Assembly: GCA_951406725.2 (NCBI GenBank)
Contig: OX597817.1
Coordinates: 115,506,001-115,570,000 of the forward strand
Length of the DNA stretch: 64,000 bases
Source: Octopus vulgaris
Lineage: Eukaryota
Reading direction: 5' to 3'
Shown: in pieces, positions 38,743 through 53,037 of the stretch
How positions within the stretch are numbered: position 1 is the first letter of the stretch
Layout of the letters: each line of letters opens with the position of its first letter
Program-made: the position numbers and the translations under genes
The notes under the pieces: model-generated
What the model was told of the DNA's origin: nothing
Seen by the model: only the letters and a program-made list of their open reading frames with translations
The model's database searches: none

Positions 38743-41700
38743 AGAGCGAAGTTTATATAATTGCTTCAAATTTACTGATGGTGTAAAAAGAATTAAACAA
38801 ATAAAAAAAAAACGCCAGCGTGAATCAGATTTTAGAGACACGTACAACTAGAATGAGCAAAAGGTAACTAAAAGTTTTAAAGAGAGAATTAACAAATGCC
38901 AAGTAATTTTCAAAGACACCTGGATGAACATGGAAGAAAAGTGTGCAATTGAAGTGTGTTATACATTTCAAATTTGGACCAAATTCATCGATGGAGCCTA
39001 CATAATACCACGTTTAGTTACTCTTTCAGCCTTTTAAATGTTATATTGATACCAGTATCGAGTGATTACAAAACTCTTATAAAATCGCCAGAAATTACCG
39101 CTGTATTCGCATTTTGAAAGGGACATTAACAACACTCTTCTGTAGATGTGGCATAATAAAAATCACGGACGCGAGTATTCTGCCTTTCTTTTCTTTTATC
39201 AATGACACACAATGTAGCAAGTTTGGGATTTTATTCATTCGCTACACTCACCTTAATCAGTAACCAAATGTTTACATTAAGTGGGCATGAAATGCACGGA
39301 AGAAACATCATAAATACTCTATGAGTTATACATTTGGATACATCATAGACCAACAACTTTTGATCAGATACGCACAAAAATGCAAATCGGATTTATATCA
39401 CATCTCAGTCTCTAGAAAGAGCTATATTTTAAGTAAAATCAGGATTATTTGTGTATACATTTCACACGCTCACAGACGTATTAGAAGTATTTGTGGAAAT
39501 CCTAATCGTCAAAATCTGAAGAGTAGGAAGCATATAAGTCAAAAGACAATTTAATCGAAAGACTTATTGATAGAAACTATTTTTTGTAGAAATCCTTTTG
39601 TAGAAGGAAAATATAATAGTTGTATAAAAGGTGGAATCTGTTGTGTCTGGGGAGAGTCATTCCGTTTTAGTGCCTTATTATTTAACACACTCACCGGTAA
39701 AATTTCCACTTATTTCTTATTTTTATTTTCCTAAAATTTTCGGTGGAATATTTGTCGAAAATTTAATATTTATTAAGAAAAGATATAAAAATGATTTTCA
39801 AACATCATTTGATTTTTGTTATTTAAATGTGTTGCCTAATTAAGACTCAGTTAATATATGCAAAAAAACAAAGAATATGTATGTAGGGAAATGCCAAGAA
39901 TGCGCCTCTCCAATCGGCAAATACGCCATAGAGAAAGCAAATTTAAAAGAGAAATAATGTAACCACAATATATTGACTAATATGGCATCCATTATTTCTT
40001 AGAGAATGCCAAACGTAGATTATCATAAGAAGTACAAACACTGTCAGGTCATTACGAGGAAATTTTTTGGCGGAAGATCTTTAAAATTGGAGAAAATTCA
40101 ATTATTTGTTAAAATATTATGTTGACACGCAGTAGAGGCTAATTTGTGATTCCAGGTTTTTAGGACAACGAATGCCAGTCATAAAATATGTAAATATTTA
40201 TACCATTTTGGATACCACATGTAAACAGTATTAATGATCAGATAGCCCTTGAAAGTTGTGGTGTTACCATTGTTCCATAGGTTGTTAAAATCGTTTTTTC
40301 CTTTAAGAGCATTCGGTCTTTTGCGCTAAAGGAAAGAAATATTGTATATAAGCTTTTGTAGAAATATACGTTTCCTCTAAGTGAATCTTTATTTTCTCAT
40401 AATTGCATTTATATTCTAATAATAAACAGGGAGCTTGGAAATGAATTTGCAATATATTTCCTTGAAAAATTCTGTGTTCCTATAAACTGTTGTTTAAAAT
40501 AAACTGGTGCTTGAAATAACTGTGCTATTCTTCCATCATATTTATCGTTATTTTTCAATTGATAAAAACATGAAGACGTTCAAAATTTTAATTATGTTAA
40601 ATACAATATGCAATATGAATATATAAATATGGCAACTGTTGAAAGAAATTTGCTTGTTAACCCATTTCGTTTAATTTAATCAAATGTTTAATTTAATCAA
40701 AGGAAGTAAATATTATTTTAGGGAACATTATTATAGAATCAGAAAGCACAAATTTTATGAAATAGCAATGCCCTCAGTACTGGCTAATAACTGCGATAAT
40801 TACTGTAAGATGTAAGGGAGATATTACATCAACCGAGTTAGCCTATACCTAGCAAATTAGTATCATCTTTTCTATAACCTATGCTTGGTCATAATGGCTT
40901 CAAATAAATATTGTTTTTCTCTAAGATAACTGTATATTTATTTCTTTGCTCAATCTATTTTAATTCAATTATGTCAATATTTTCTTTGTAAGATATCACA
41001 CGTTTTTATTTTTCTATTCAATAAAACTGAGTTTTCTTAATTCTCTATAAATAGGCTTTGCTTTTCGAAATGATATTAGTCTAAAACATTGTATTCGCAC
41101 GTTTAGCCTCACAAGTAATCCACATCAGTAATTGATGCTTCCGTATATAGTATTTGTATTTATCAGACGATAATCTGGTAGACAGAAAGTCGGCTATAAT
41201 GAGACACACATATAATTAGCTTTTGAAACTAAGCCTACGTTGTAATGATGATTCGTAAATTACCAATGTTTCAAAATTCTCTGTCAGTATAAATATAATA
41301 AATCTGCTGAACAGTTTTAATTACCATCAGTCTGGTTGTAACATTTCTAAGTACATTACAGTCGTATTCTACTTGTCAATAGGAAAAACTAGTGGGATTA
41401 AGAAGGTTTTTCTTCCAAGAAACGTATTCTTTTGGGAGAAACAGTGGAGCAAAGTAAAAACAAAAGAACAAAAAAATACATATCAACAATACTAACAATA
41501 AAGTGTAGAATTCTGTGAAACTACAGCTATTAATTCGCTATTAAACCATGAAATTAGCCTACAATTCATTTTGAATACGTCAATTCCTTTATAAGCAGCT
41601 AGTTAGCTTTTATAGTAATTACATTTAATATCACAGTGGACGAATATTGTCTATACACAGACAAAAACAAAAACATTGGTAACTGATGTCTAACAATTCT

Positions 41701-42377
41701 AAAATTCTGTTTCTTTATGTTATTCCATTTCCTCCTATCTAAGTTTTCTATGTTCTTTAATTCGGTACATGAATTCATTAAAAATATTTTCATACGAAAT
41801 ATTTCCTTAGTGAAAAAAATAAACCTAAGCCAGTTTTGATTTTTAGTTACCACATAATCGAACAGAAAATATGTCAAGAAAGTAAACGCCTAATTGTAGA
41901 CTTTAATCGTTTTCGTTTTATACCTTATACAACATAGTTCTCTTGAATAAACAAACGTAATTTTAATTTGATATGATTATGTATTCTAAAATGCAAAAGT
42001 AAGCAACGAATGAGGTATACTATGGGCACTAATATGAAATCGTTATATAGAAATGAAAATTAGAGCAGAACTTCCAACAAGTTTTTAAAGTTAAGGACAC
42101 AGCTATAAACTAACGTTTTGGTGAAAGAAATTCTAACTAGATTTTTATTGATGGATGCATACGGATCAAATATTATTTAAGCTTATATTTCTAACCTTCA
42201 GAGAAGTAGCTTTTAGATTTGAAACAAGAAGACATATGATCATATTACTGTTACAAAACACTTTACTATAATCATGGAAATGTTTATATGTGTTTGGAGA
42301 ATTGAACCATGTTCTTCTTGTCTCGTTGTCTAATGGTTTTCTTTTGGTGCTCTTCTATATATTTTAGCATACCATTA

Positions 42378-42572
42378 TTGGTTTCAAATTTTGGCACAAA
42401 GTCAGCAATTTTTTGAGAGACAGTAAGTCGATTATCTCGATCCTAGTGTTCAACTGGTACTTATTTTATAGACCCTGAAATGAAAGAGAAAGTCGACTCC
42501 GGTGACATTTAAACTTCGACGAAATGCTGCTAAGCATTTTGCCCGACGGACTCACGATTCTGCCATCTCGAC
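42378..42572 (-). mobile_element. tRNA-derived SINE (family A)
   Basis: TTGGCACAA tail, CAACTGGTACTTATTTTAT core, CTAAGCATTTTGCCCG..GATTCTGCCA head. Confidence 0.75.
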
Positions 42573-43712
42573 GACTCCTTTATCATATCATTATCGAAAA
42601 CTTTTCTTGTTCCCTTACAGCATTCATGTGTTTTAACAAACATCCTATACGCACACGCGCACAGAAAAAACATATATATTATCATTTTAATGTCTAAGTT
42701 TTCAACTGTGAATTGGTCAGATGAAAATATGTTGAGCAGAGTTTTCTTTGGCCGGATGTTTTTCCTTATGCCAAACTGATCTATTTCCAAGCTAGTAATA
42801 GTTCTCCATGTTATCGAACTACAAACATGGTTACAAGGAGACTAAAAAGTGCTACATCGTATGAATGAGCCTTTTATTTATAAAGACCCTGTAAGATGTC
42901 AACATTTACCAAGAATCCTGAATGTGCTTTTGCGATGAGCTGCAAAAACCAGCACCGGCCGTCCATGTAATAAGCGAGGCCATTTTTAACAATAATCGGA
43001 CAAACGTGAAGGCGAAGTAATACATGAACTTACAAATACTATACATACACATAAGTTTCAATACCATGTGATTTTTCAGTTTCCGTCAACCAAATCCAAA
43101 TATCTAAAACATTTGTATCTCGAAAATGGAAATTATTGCAATGTACTGCTTTCTTAATTTACATGTTTGCAAGTTGCAAAGGGTTAAAACAAAAGAAATC
43201 ATATATTTCAATTGTTATGAGAATGTTGAAATTAGAGAACCAACATTAAAAATATACAATGTACAGATGAAAATCAATAGCACAATATCAGACAAAACAA
43301 AACTTTTCCGTCCAGCCATTTTACAGCTTTGTTGAAGTTGTAACTCTAATGCAAACCATGCTAACAAATATTGAAAAAATACATAAGCATATAAATAAAG
43401 CAAATTTGAATTCTATAATGATATAGGAAAAATAGAAGTTCTTACAAACGTTAGGTTTAAACAATAACCATCATTAAAATCTGAAATGTGTTCATCGCCA
43501 ATTTTAGTACATTTTTCAAGGCGGATATAATGTTTTTACTTGTATTTCATAATCAGTATGAAATCACAGTGTCTTATACATTTTTATCAAATCTTATATA
43601 ACGCATATTTCAATTTAAAACGAAACAAAGATTTCTAAAGTTTTGATTTATTGTGTTTTGATCTAGCTTAAACATAGATAATGTTTTGGTGTAAAGTCTC
43701 CTCTTGAGAGGA

Positions 43713-43868
43713 GGAACGCACCTTACCATACATGTATGCACACATACATATCATATATTCATTGATATACACACGTAGATACATGCACACGGAACGCACC
43801 TTACCATACATGTATGCACACATTCATATCATATATTCATTGATATACACACGTAGATACATGCACAC
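43713..43868 (+). repeat. 78-bp tandem duplication
   Basis: GGAACGCACCTTACC...GATACATGCACAC occurs twice, nearly identical. Confidence 0.9.
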
Positions 43869-44099
43869 ATACGTAACATGCAGCACAAGACAGAGACCGG
43901 TAAATATCTTTCCCAAGTTCGTGTACATGAAATCAACAACATAATTAGGATAGCTAATTAACTTGGGGGGGGGGAGGTATTAAATAAGAGCTTTTACAGA
44001 TCTCTCCTCAAGGATCATTGGTAAAATCTATTTATCAGAAGTACAAAATAAAAAAAAATGGTACCGGTTTACTCAGAGGATAGTACATGGGTAATCGGC

Positions 44100-44830
44100 A
44101 CGAAAGCCACAAACTCTTGGGAAGACTGATCATGTCGAAAGCTTGGTATAGGATACCGACAAGTTCATGACATCACACGTGAAGGGTTACCTAAAAGAAA
44201 TTCGAGAACAAGAGTTCCTCACCAAGTACCTACAGCATAAGAGGCAGTGAAAGATGACAGACATCTGTAATCTGTACAAGAAAAGACTGAATACATCAAT
44301 CACATTATTGCCTAATGCAGGAGCTTGTTTCCCAGATATTATATTCTCATGTGGCATGACGTGGTAGCTAGAACCGTCTGGAACAAGATAACATAAAGAA
44401 AGCACCTACAGACGAAGTATATCATATTAATACCGATGGGTGAAAAGAATACTGGGACAACTTAAAAATTAAAATAGCCACAAAGTTAAAACACATCCAA
44501 CAAAATATTGTTGTATGGCACTATAAAGAAAAGATATCTTCTGTTATAGTTACAAAAATTCAAGCGAAAGAGGACGTTTGTGGACCATTGGTAAGGAGTT
44601 TGTAAATCCAGTTGCTGAGATACACATTCAGCTCCACACCTATTATTATTGGGGCAACAGGATACATACCAATCCATCAAAGTATGGTTGAACTTGAATT
44701 CTTGGGGAGAGAATATAAATCTTTAATCATGCACTACAAATGATCACGATTTCAGGGACTATGAAAATCTATAAGACCTTCTTATGATTTAAAAGGATAA
44801 CGGATAAAGCATGAAAGATGCTTTCCTTCA
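44100..44830 (+). mobile_element. Decayed RLE non-LTR element 3' part (same type as 50615-51008)
   Basis: C.L...EYINHIIA*CRSLFPRYYILMWHDVVARTVWNKI, KIATKLKH..NIVVW, PIIIGA.GY, ISGTMKIYKT. Confidence 0.6.
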
Positions 44831-44899
44831 CAAAACTGCTACCACACAGGTTGCCTGTCATAATTTACACTAAATTAAAAAGATAAACAAAGGAACATA

Positions 44900-45135
44900 C
44901 TGTCACCCTGTCGGTTTCGGAGACGAGTGTTCCAGTTGAGCCAATCCACGAAACAACGTTCCCATGAACTTAACGTGCAAGTGTCTGCGCACTCCACAAA
45001 AACGCGTCTCATTACGTATTTGTGAGGAGAGTCAGCGTTGCCCAATGTGAAAAGGCTGGCTCTTTGAATGTACACCGCCGGAAGTTGTTGTTGACAAACA
45101 ACAGCAGTAACTTTATTCAGCTGAATACACACCAT
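44900..45135 (-). mobile_element. Degraded SINE-like repeat (third family)
   Basis: TTAACGTGCAAGTG.CTG.GCACTCCACA...AAGGCTGGC.CTTTGAA resembles an abundant octopus repeat as I recall it. Single copy here. Confidence 0.35.
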
Positions 45136-46383
45136 TGACTGGTTGAAATTACCGAAATACGACAAATTTAACAGGATATAACTTCGTAAATAGAACTTTT
45201 CTCAACAACGCTAAGAGTAAAAGATGTTCTTTCTGAAACATTCTAGTTTGAAATTGTTTAGTTAAAAACAAAAATGAATTTTTAGACGTGCCGATCAAAA
45301 GGAAAAGATCCTAAATAAATATTATTAAATTATTGTGTTCTAACAAAAACATTCACTTATCAAGGACTTATCATTGAGAGGAATATTCAGTATAAAGGTA
45401 ATTCTCTAAAGATTTAAAGTAAATAAAACAGTTTCGGACGGAATAGAAGTTATATTACCTCAGACGCCTTTGAGATTTAATGCTATTACACACGACACCT
45501 AAACTGTGAAGCTGTTCTCCAATGACGAAATTCAACGATGGTGAGCATATTCTGGTTTGAATCGGTTGGAACCCATAAAGAATGAATATATGATAATTTG
45601 GTTCGCTTGTTGCTGTTCTCTGCGCGCATGACAATTTATGTTTGGTTATACACATATACAGCATAATTACCGTAATGTTTTGCAGAATCGTGTAACTACT
45701 GTGTATACCAACGTGTACACTAACACATCAAGTATGAATTAACGCGGAGCTGTATTTACACACATGAATTTATACAGAAATATAGACCATCAGATTTCTA
45801 GCATGATAGCAGTTGTCAACATTTTTGTTTCACTGAGGTGCGTTAGCGATAAAATATGTGAAGTAAGAAAAAAAATTAAGAGAACTATAACTTTGCACCA
45901 AATCTGCAACTGCTAGAAACACCAAATCGAATATCGAAAGCACAAGTCTTTGAAAATATTATTAACTTCATTTATTCTGTAGTTGTCTGTTCTTCATATG
46001 TGATATGTTCTATTTCAATTTATCAGTAAAATCATCAACAACATATTATAATAATTCATTCCATTTTCAATTTCTCATTATAATAACAAATATCAAATGA
46101 AAAATATCTATTCCAATCTTTCATGATATACATAAACTCGTCTGCATTCATAGATACGTACATACATATGTGTCTATATATATCACACACACACACACAT
46201 ACACACATATATATATATACACTTTATTTAAAGCAGCAGAAAATTCAACAAAACCTGTTACTCTGAGTAATAGTATGACAGCAAAAGAATGAATGAGGCC
46301 TCGATATTATGTAAATAAAGGAATTTATCTGTAATATATATCTGTAATATATTTATCTGTAACGATAGCGTTTTTGTTTGTCT

Positions 46384-46447
46384 TAATAACTGACGAGATG
46401 CCGAAGCAGTTTTCCCGACCCGACATCCGAAACTCGGACTTATATTA
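46384..46447 (+). ncRNA. Hammerhead ribozyme-like motif (stem III mismatched)
   Basis: AATAA-CTGACGA-GATG...CATC-C-GAAAC-TCGGAC-TT-ATATT, enclosed by short inverted repeats (TATCTGTAATATA / TATATTACAGATA). Confidence 0.5.
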
Positions 46448-46480
46448 TGACAACCGAATAATTGTCACATATTATATTAC

Positions 46481-46572
<92 letters not shown>

Positions 46573-46596
46573 ATCTTTGTGTGTATATATATATAT

Positions 46597-46790
46597 TCTT
46601 TTAACTTTTACTTGTTTCAGTCACTTGACTGCAGCCATGCTGGAGCACCGCCTTTCGTCGAGCAAATCGACGCCAGGTCTTATACTTTGTAAGATAGTAC
46701 TTATTTTATCGGTATCTTTTGCCGAAACCCTATGTTACGGGGACGTAAACACACCAGTATCTGTTGTCAAGCAATGTCAGGAGACAAACA
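46597..46790 (-). mobile_element. 3' half of SINE family B
   Basis: TAGTACTTATT.TATCGGT..CTTTTGCCGAA...GTTACGGGGACGTAAACACACCA is the reverse complement of 52365-52435. Confidence 0.75.
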
Positions 46791-49053
46791 CATACACACA
46801 AACACAAACACACACACACACGCACGCACGCGCATGCACACACACACATATGTATTACTTTTGATGACTGTGTTCCGTTATATATAAATATGTTTCATTG
46901 TAAACGCAAATGAAATCAATAACATCATAGGAGATCAATGTATGTTGTATTTATATAAAAATTAAAGTATTTCATTTTCGAATAAGTAAGGGCTTTAAAA
47001 GTAAGATCTTTTTAGATTTATAAGAAAATCTCTTACACGGAAAGATCTTGTTTTGAAAATTCTTAGTTTCACAATCACTTATTTTTATCTTATTTTGAAA
47101 AACTACTAGTATTGAAATATATCATTCTGATCATACTAAATATATGGATGTTCTGAAGACATATAGTGTTGTACATTACCAAGCATTGAGAAGGCAGCAA
47201 TAACATTTTCATTTCAATATAGATTCCGCTTTCTTACATTTACTCTTGCGCAGAATATTATATATATTTTAATATAGTTCTTTGTATTTCTCTGCATTCG
47301 TCATTTACCGCATATACTCTACTTTATCCCAGATATTATGTATTGTTTCTTAAGAATATATTTTCGCTACCAAATACCTTTGTGCAGTACATTGGGTTAA
47401 TGCTCTACCGCAGGGTTTAGCTTTTAGTGGGCGGCTAGGCTTGTTAGGGAGTTGGGTGGAAGGAAGATGTTGCACGAATGTATAATTTCGATAATTTCGA
47501 CGCATTTAGGAGTATGAACAGCTTTGGTTGTCATGAGAAATGAAAATGACAGACTATTCGGTCATAGATCATTCGATGGAGATGGTGAGTAAAGGCTGGC
47601 GGAAATGACATAAAAGTGAATATATTTTTTTAATAATTGGCGTAGTTATCTTCGTTTACATACGCGCACATGCATGTACATATACCTACACATATATGTA
47701 TGCATGTATTGTTGTATGTATACATGTACGTATTATAAAATATGTGTGTGTGTGTGTGTTTATATTTTGCAATGTGAATAATGGGTCTTCACAAAAAAGA
47801 GTAACATTGAAGATATAACACCGATGTCATTAATTCCTAAAATGTATGTACATTTGTATTTCTGTTGAAGGTAGTCTTTTAGCTCAAGACATAGTGAACT
47901 TAAGAAAGTTTTTCATATTTTCTGTATAGAAAAGGGAAACATATTTCATATTTTTTCATTCATAAAATATGACAAAATGGAAAAGACGAATTGTATGTGG
48001 TTAGAATTAAGATGACATTTTATAAAGCACTTATGAATAATGTTCTTATGTTTATTTAAGCTATACTCATATGACTGTCATATGTTATATTGTATTATGA
48101 AAACATTTATCATATTATATTTTGTTAGCGACTCTAATTTTATCTTGTTATATTCTTTTCCTGATTGCTTTTTAGTCCCTTGATAATTTACTATGGTGGT
48201 TCTGTTTAACTACATATTTTAACTATATCCCTAATATACAATGGATGTCAAGTTACAAACAGTAAACTTCCGCCATTTTCTTTGTGTCATATTATATAAA
48301 TTTGTTACTTGACATTCCAAAATTGAAGAAACACTACTAGATATAAATATCACCGAATACAAATATTTTACTTAGGTTACCAAAGCCTAGTTCAAGATAA
48401 ATAAGTTTTCATTCGCCTGCTGTTGAATGACTACTGTCATAAAACATTAAACGTCTACCTTAGTTGCATCACAGCTAAAAGGAAATATATTTTTTATCTA
48501 TTTACTGTTAAATAATACAACCTTAGTTGGATGCTTTCAATATTCATTACACGAAGCGTTTAATTATGCATGTCTATGCAATTATAAGTACGCATAAGAA
48601 CATATAAGCATAAGCATTCTTATGAATTTACTATGAAATACATTTATTTTTAAATATAATTGTGTGTTCTTTATACACGTTTTGTACATGCAACATTGCC
48701 GATCAGTTGTGCACATATCGCAGTGTGCCAAATTCAATTCTTTAGATCAGCTGGACACGAGAAGTATCTTGCAGCATTCAAATGTAGCATAATGTATATG
48801 GACTACCATTGGTTGTTTGCAACTTGATGGCCTCATGAGAGTTAATGATTTCCGTTGTTGCTAAACATCCACCAAGGGCATTTGAATCTCATTTCTTAAA
48901 AAGCTTTAAGTTTTACGAATTTCCGTTCATTTGAATATGATTTAGATTTATGATATTTAAATTGTAGCAGTTTTGCTTATACTGTAAGCAGTATCGCGTT
49001 GCTGTTAATTCGAGAATTATAAAAACCTAACTACTAAATTTTCCATAATTCAA

Positions 49054-49187
<134 letters not shown>

Positions 49188-50614
49188 ACACACACATACA
49201 CACATATATGTACAGATATTCATGGATACACAAACATCCATATAGTTATTAATAAGCGATTATCAACCCGGACAAAATACTTCTTACGCTACCTGCTAAT
49301 ATAAATACACTAGTCTAACAAAAGCCTTTTTGATTTGTGCAGAACGCCAGGTAATCTTAAGGCTGGCCACAATAAACAAGAAAAGGAATAAAGAATGGGT
49401 TTTATACATTTATTTATTGGTGTATTGCCGACTTACAACTACAAATAAATAAATTTATAAAGCTCAAAAATTATCCCACGCAAGTTTTTCCGCCATTAAC
49501 GCTTTATATTCTAAAAAGGCAGGGCCGCATCCAGATCATAACTCCTGAGTGGGCTTCCGTATACACGTTTAGCCACTTGGATATCAGAAAATGGCGCATT
49601 TAAATCGTATGGAGATTTTTGTTGACAAGATCTATTTGGAACTCCCCTCCTTGCCATATTAATATCAATGTGATATCAATAGCATGATAATATTTTTTAA
49701 TATACAAATTGATCCGTTGATAATTCTGCAAATATTGTCCTCACGACAACATAACTCATCCTTTAGAAGATAATATATGGATTGTAAACTCTGACATTCT
49801 GTTATTAGATTTAAGATGGTAAAATTTGAATATTCATTGCTGTCTTAATGTATTTATAACAAATTATAAGAATTCTCTATTATAAAGTCTTTGACATACA
49901 TTCACAGATCATCCTCTATTTCAATTATCGGCACTTTCAAGTTCCATAGATTACATATATGTATATTATTATTAATGATCGTTAACAGTAAACACCTTCA
50001 CAGATAAGGAGTAGCCATTAATCTTATCATATGTCATGGTCTGGGTTCCAGAGAATGATTTCACCTAGTAATGTTACACTACTTGGTAGGCTTCCATATC
50101 TTCCCTTTAGCTAATTGGTCATTTATGGCGGTTGACAATTGTTCGTGAAATTGTGTATTGAGTGATAAACATATATGTCTGGCATACAATTTATTTATAA
50201 TTACATTTCTCTTAGTAGGCCAATATTTCATTATCTCGTTATTCAGAATTTTACAAGCATAAATTTACACAATTTATTTCTGAAACGAATGAAACTGACC
50301 GCTAATAACTGTAATAATGCCGATTATGTATACACACACACACACACACACACACACAAGCACACATACACATACACTACATATGTTAGTATGTGTATTC
50401 ATATTTTCACATGCATATAGCAAAAGAATTTATATCGTACATAAACACATAACTATACATATGTTTGTATATGCTTATATATATTTTTAATATGATTTTG
50501 CGTATACATCCAGCTGTCCATCCCTCTATATATATACATACATACAAACATACATACATACATACATGCATACATAAATACATACGTACGTACGTACATA
50601 TATGCATGCATACA

Positions 50615-51008
50615 TAAAGCTGAAGTTCAATGGAAAAGAGAATACCTACCCAGGACTATTGGGAAATCTGCAGTTATTCTATCCAGACTACAAGTTCAGA
50701 TTTATACCTGTAAGTATTGGGGCCCAGGGATATGTAACACACTGCCTAAATATCAATCTTGAAAAATTAGGATTCTCAAAACAAGAAAGGGGAAAGCTAG
50801 TTCGAACACTACAGATCTAGTCCATCACTGGAACTGTAAAAATCTGTAAAACTTATAAGAAGTTTATCAATTAAATATATATCAGCATATCTAGATATGC
50901 AACTATATGCATGAGAATACATATATAAAGCAAAGCATACTAAACATACATACATAAAGCAAAACATACATACATAATACCAAATACTAAAATGAAACTG
51001 AAGAATGA
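50615..51008 (+). mobile_element. 3' end of an RLE non-LTR element embedded in (TACA)n
   Basis: KLK...KENTY..LL.NLQLFYPDYKFRFIPVSIGAQGYV...LQI*SITGTVKICKT is an RLE C-terminus. CATA repeats lie on both sides. Confidence 0.75.
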
Positions 51009-51048
51009 CATACATGTACTCATACACACACACACATACACATATATG

Positions 51049-51103
<55 letters not shown>

Positions 51104-51254
51104 CACATATTATTGTGAAAGAAGAAGGCCGATGTCATTATAATACATAATCATATAAATTAGATTTATCGACTATAACTAACGCCTATAAATTTGTATC
51201 GTTGAGCTGATGTAAAAAAAAGTACTATAGCCGGTGTGTATTTTTATAAAAATA

Positions 51255-51276
51255 TATACGTACGTACATATATACA

Positions 51277-51339
<63 letters not shown>

Positions 51340-51420
51340 ATATATATATGTATATATATATATTTATGTATATGTATATATATATATGTGTATATATGCA
51401 TACATATATATATACATGGG

Positions 51421-51511
<91 letters not shown>

Positions 51512-51541
51512 GCATGTATATGTACGTGTGTGTGTGTGTAT
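51255..51541. repeat. (TA)n/(CA)n/(TG)n compound microsatellite
   Basis: Directly visible. Confidence 0.95.
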
Positions 51542-52015
51542 GAGCAATCGTTTCATTTAGTATTAATACGGTGACACAGTAGAATGCTATAATTACTGGA
51601 AGGATAAATTGGATAAATTATTTTCCCATCAGTAAATATTGCATTATCGTTCTGTCTGTTTGCAATTCTCAGATGTCGACACTGCTTTTTTTAAAACTTT
51701 TTGGTGGGTAATAGGGTGATATTTTTGTGTAATACTTTAAATACCAATCACGTTCTCAGCTTGATTCAATGATCTGTGCATTTTCTTGTAATTGTGTATA
51801 ATTACGTGAAGACTGTAATATCCTGTATAAATATATAAATATACGTCGTATGACAGAAGTATATTGAAAGTTGTTTTCTATCAGAATATTAAACTCTTTG
51901 CCTAATAACCCATGACGTAGGTGTGTAGACATATGATCAACGTTGTACAACTTAATCGTCCATCTCCTATTCACTTTTCTGTATATCCTTCCCTTTTTCA
52001 GGATAAGTACAGTAT

Positions 52016-52440
52016 AGGCGCAGGCGTGGATGTCTGGTATAAGCGCAAGCGTGGCTCTGTGACATTAACGCAGGTGTGGCCGTGTGGCAAAAGTGCAGGT
52101 TAGGCTGTGTCGTAAGAAGCTTACTTCCTTAACCATATGGTTCCCGATTCCGTCCCACTGCGCGGCACCTTCGGCAACCGGCTTCTACTATAGTCTCTGA
52201 CCAACCAAAGCCTTGTAACTGGTGATGGTAGACTGAAAGACGCCCGTCCTATATTATTTATATGTTTGTGTGTGTATCTGTGTATTTGTGTGTGCGTGTG
52301 TGTGTGGGTGCGTGTGTGTGTATCTGCGTTTTTGTCTCTGTTTTTGCCCTCCACCTCTGCTTTACAATCGGCGTTGGTGTGTTTATATCCCCGTGACTTA
52401 ACAGTTCGGCAAAAGTAACGATGGAATAAGTACCTGGCTT
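52016..52440 (+). mobile_element. tRNA-derived SINE family B (CORE-like) with a quadruplicated 5' head
   Basis: A-box-like GTGGCTGTGTGGTA, B-box-like GATTCCGTCCC, GGCACCTT.GGCAA CORE-like segment, internal (TG)n. Confidence 0.75.
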
Positions 52441-52817
52441 TTAAACTCTAAGATGTCTGTGTTAACTGATTAAACTGATGACAGAGACAAACAGTATAAA
52501 CAAGGAGTAAAATGATGTATAATCGAAGATGCTGATTTGGCATGCATAGTTTTCACTAACCGACATTGTACTCCGTTGAACACTGTTGGATGGAGTTAAA
52601 CGAATCCGCGGTGATAACTGAAAAAGAAATAAAATGAACTGATCTGAGGTCCTATAGTCTCATTTAATTAAATTTCAATATAGGTCACGCGGCGAGAGAG
52701 ATTAGAATCCGATCGCTACAATCGACCATAAAATATGCAACTGCGCAAATCTACTTCTTTTATATCAAGTAGTTTTTTAATTTGCATGTTTGATTACCAA
52801 TATGTCTTTCACGATAA

Positions 52818-53037
52818 TACGGTGAATTGGCCGAGTTGTTAGCACGCCGGCACTGGACAAAATTCTTAGCAGTATTTTATCCGCCTTTACGTAGTAAGTT
52901 CAAATTCGCCGAGCTCGATTTTGCATTTCCTTTTTTGAGGTCGATAAAATAAGTTGCTGTTCAACACTGGGGATCAATGTAGTCAACCTGGTCCCTCATT
53001 TGAAATTGCCGGTCTTCTATCAAAATTTGAAACCAAC
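52818..53037 (+). mobile_element. tRNA-derived SINE (family A)
   Basis: GTTAGCACGCCGG head, AGTTCAAATTCGCCGAG B-box, GGTCGATAAAATAAGT core. Confidence 0.75.

Noticed and set aside
43126-43500. Possible decayed GIY-YIG fragment
   Set aside because: Only vague similarity (S.HF, terminal LN-like); too weak.
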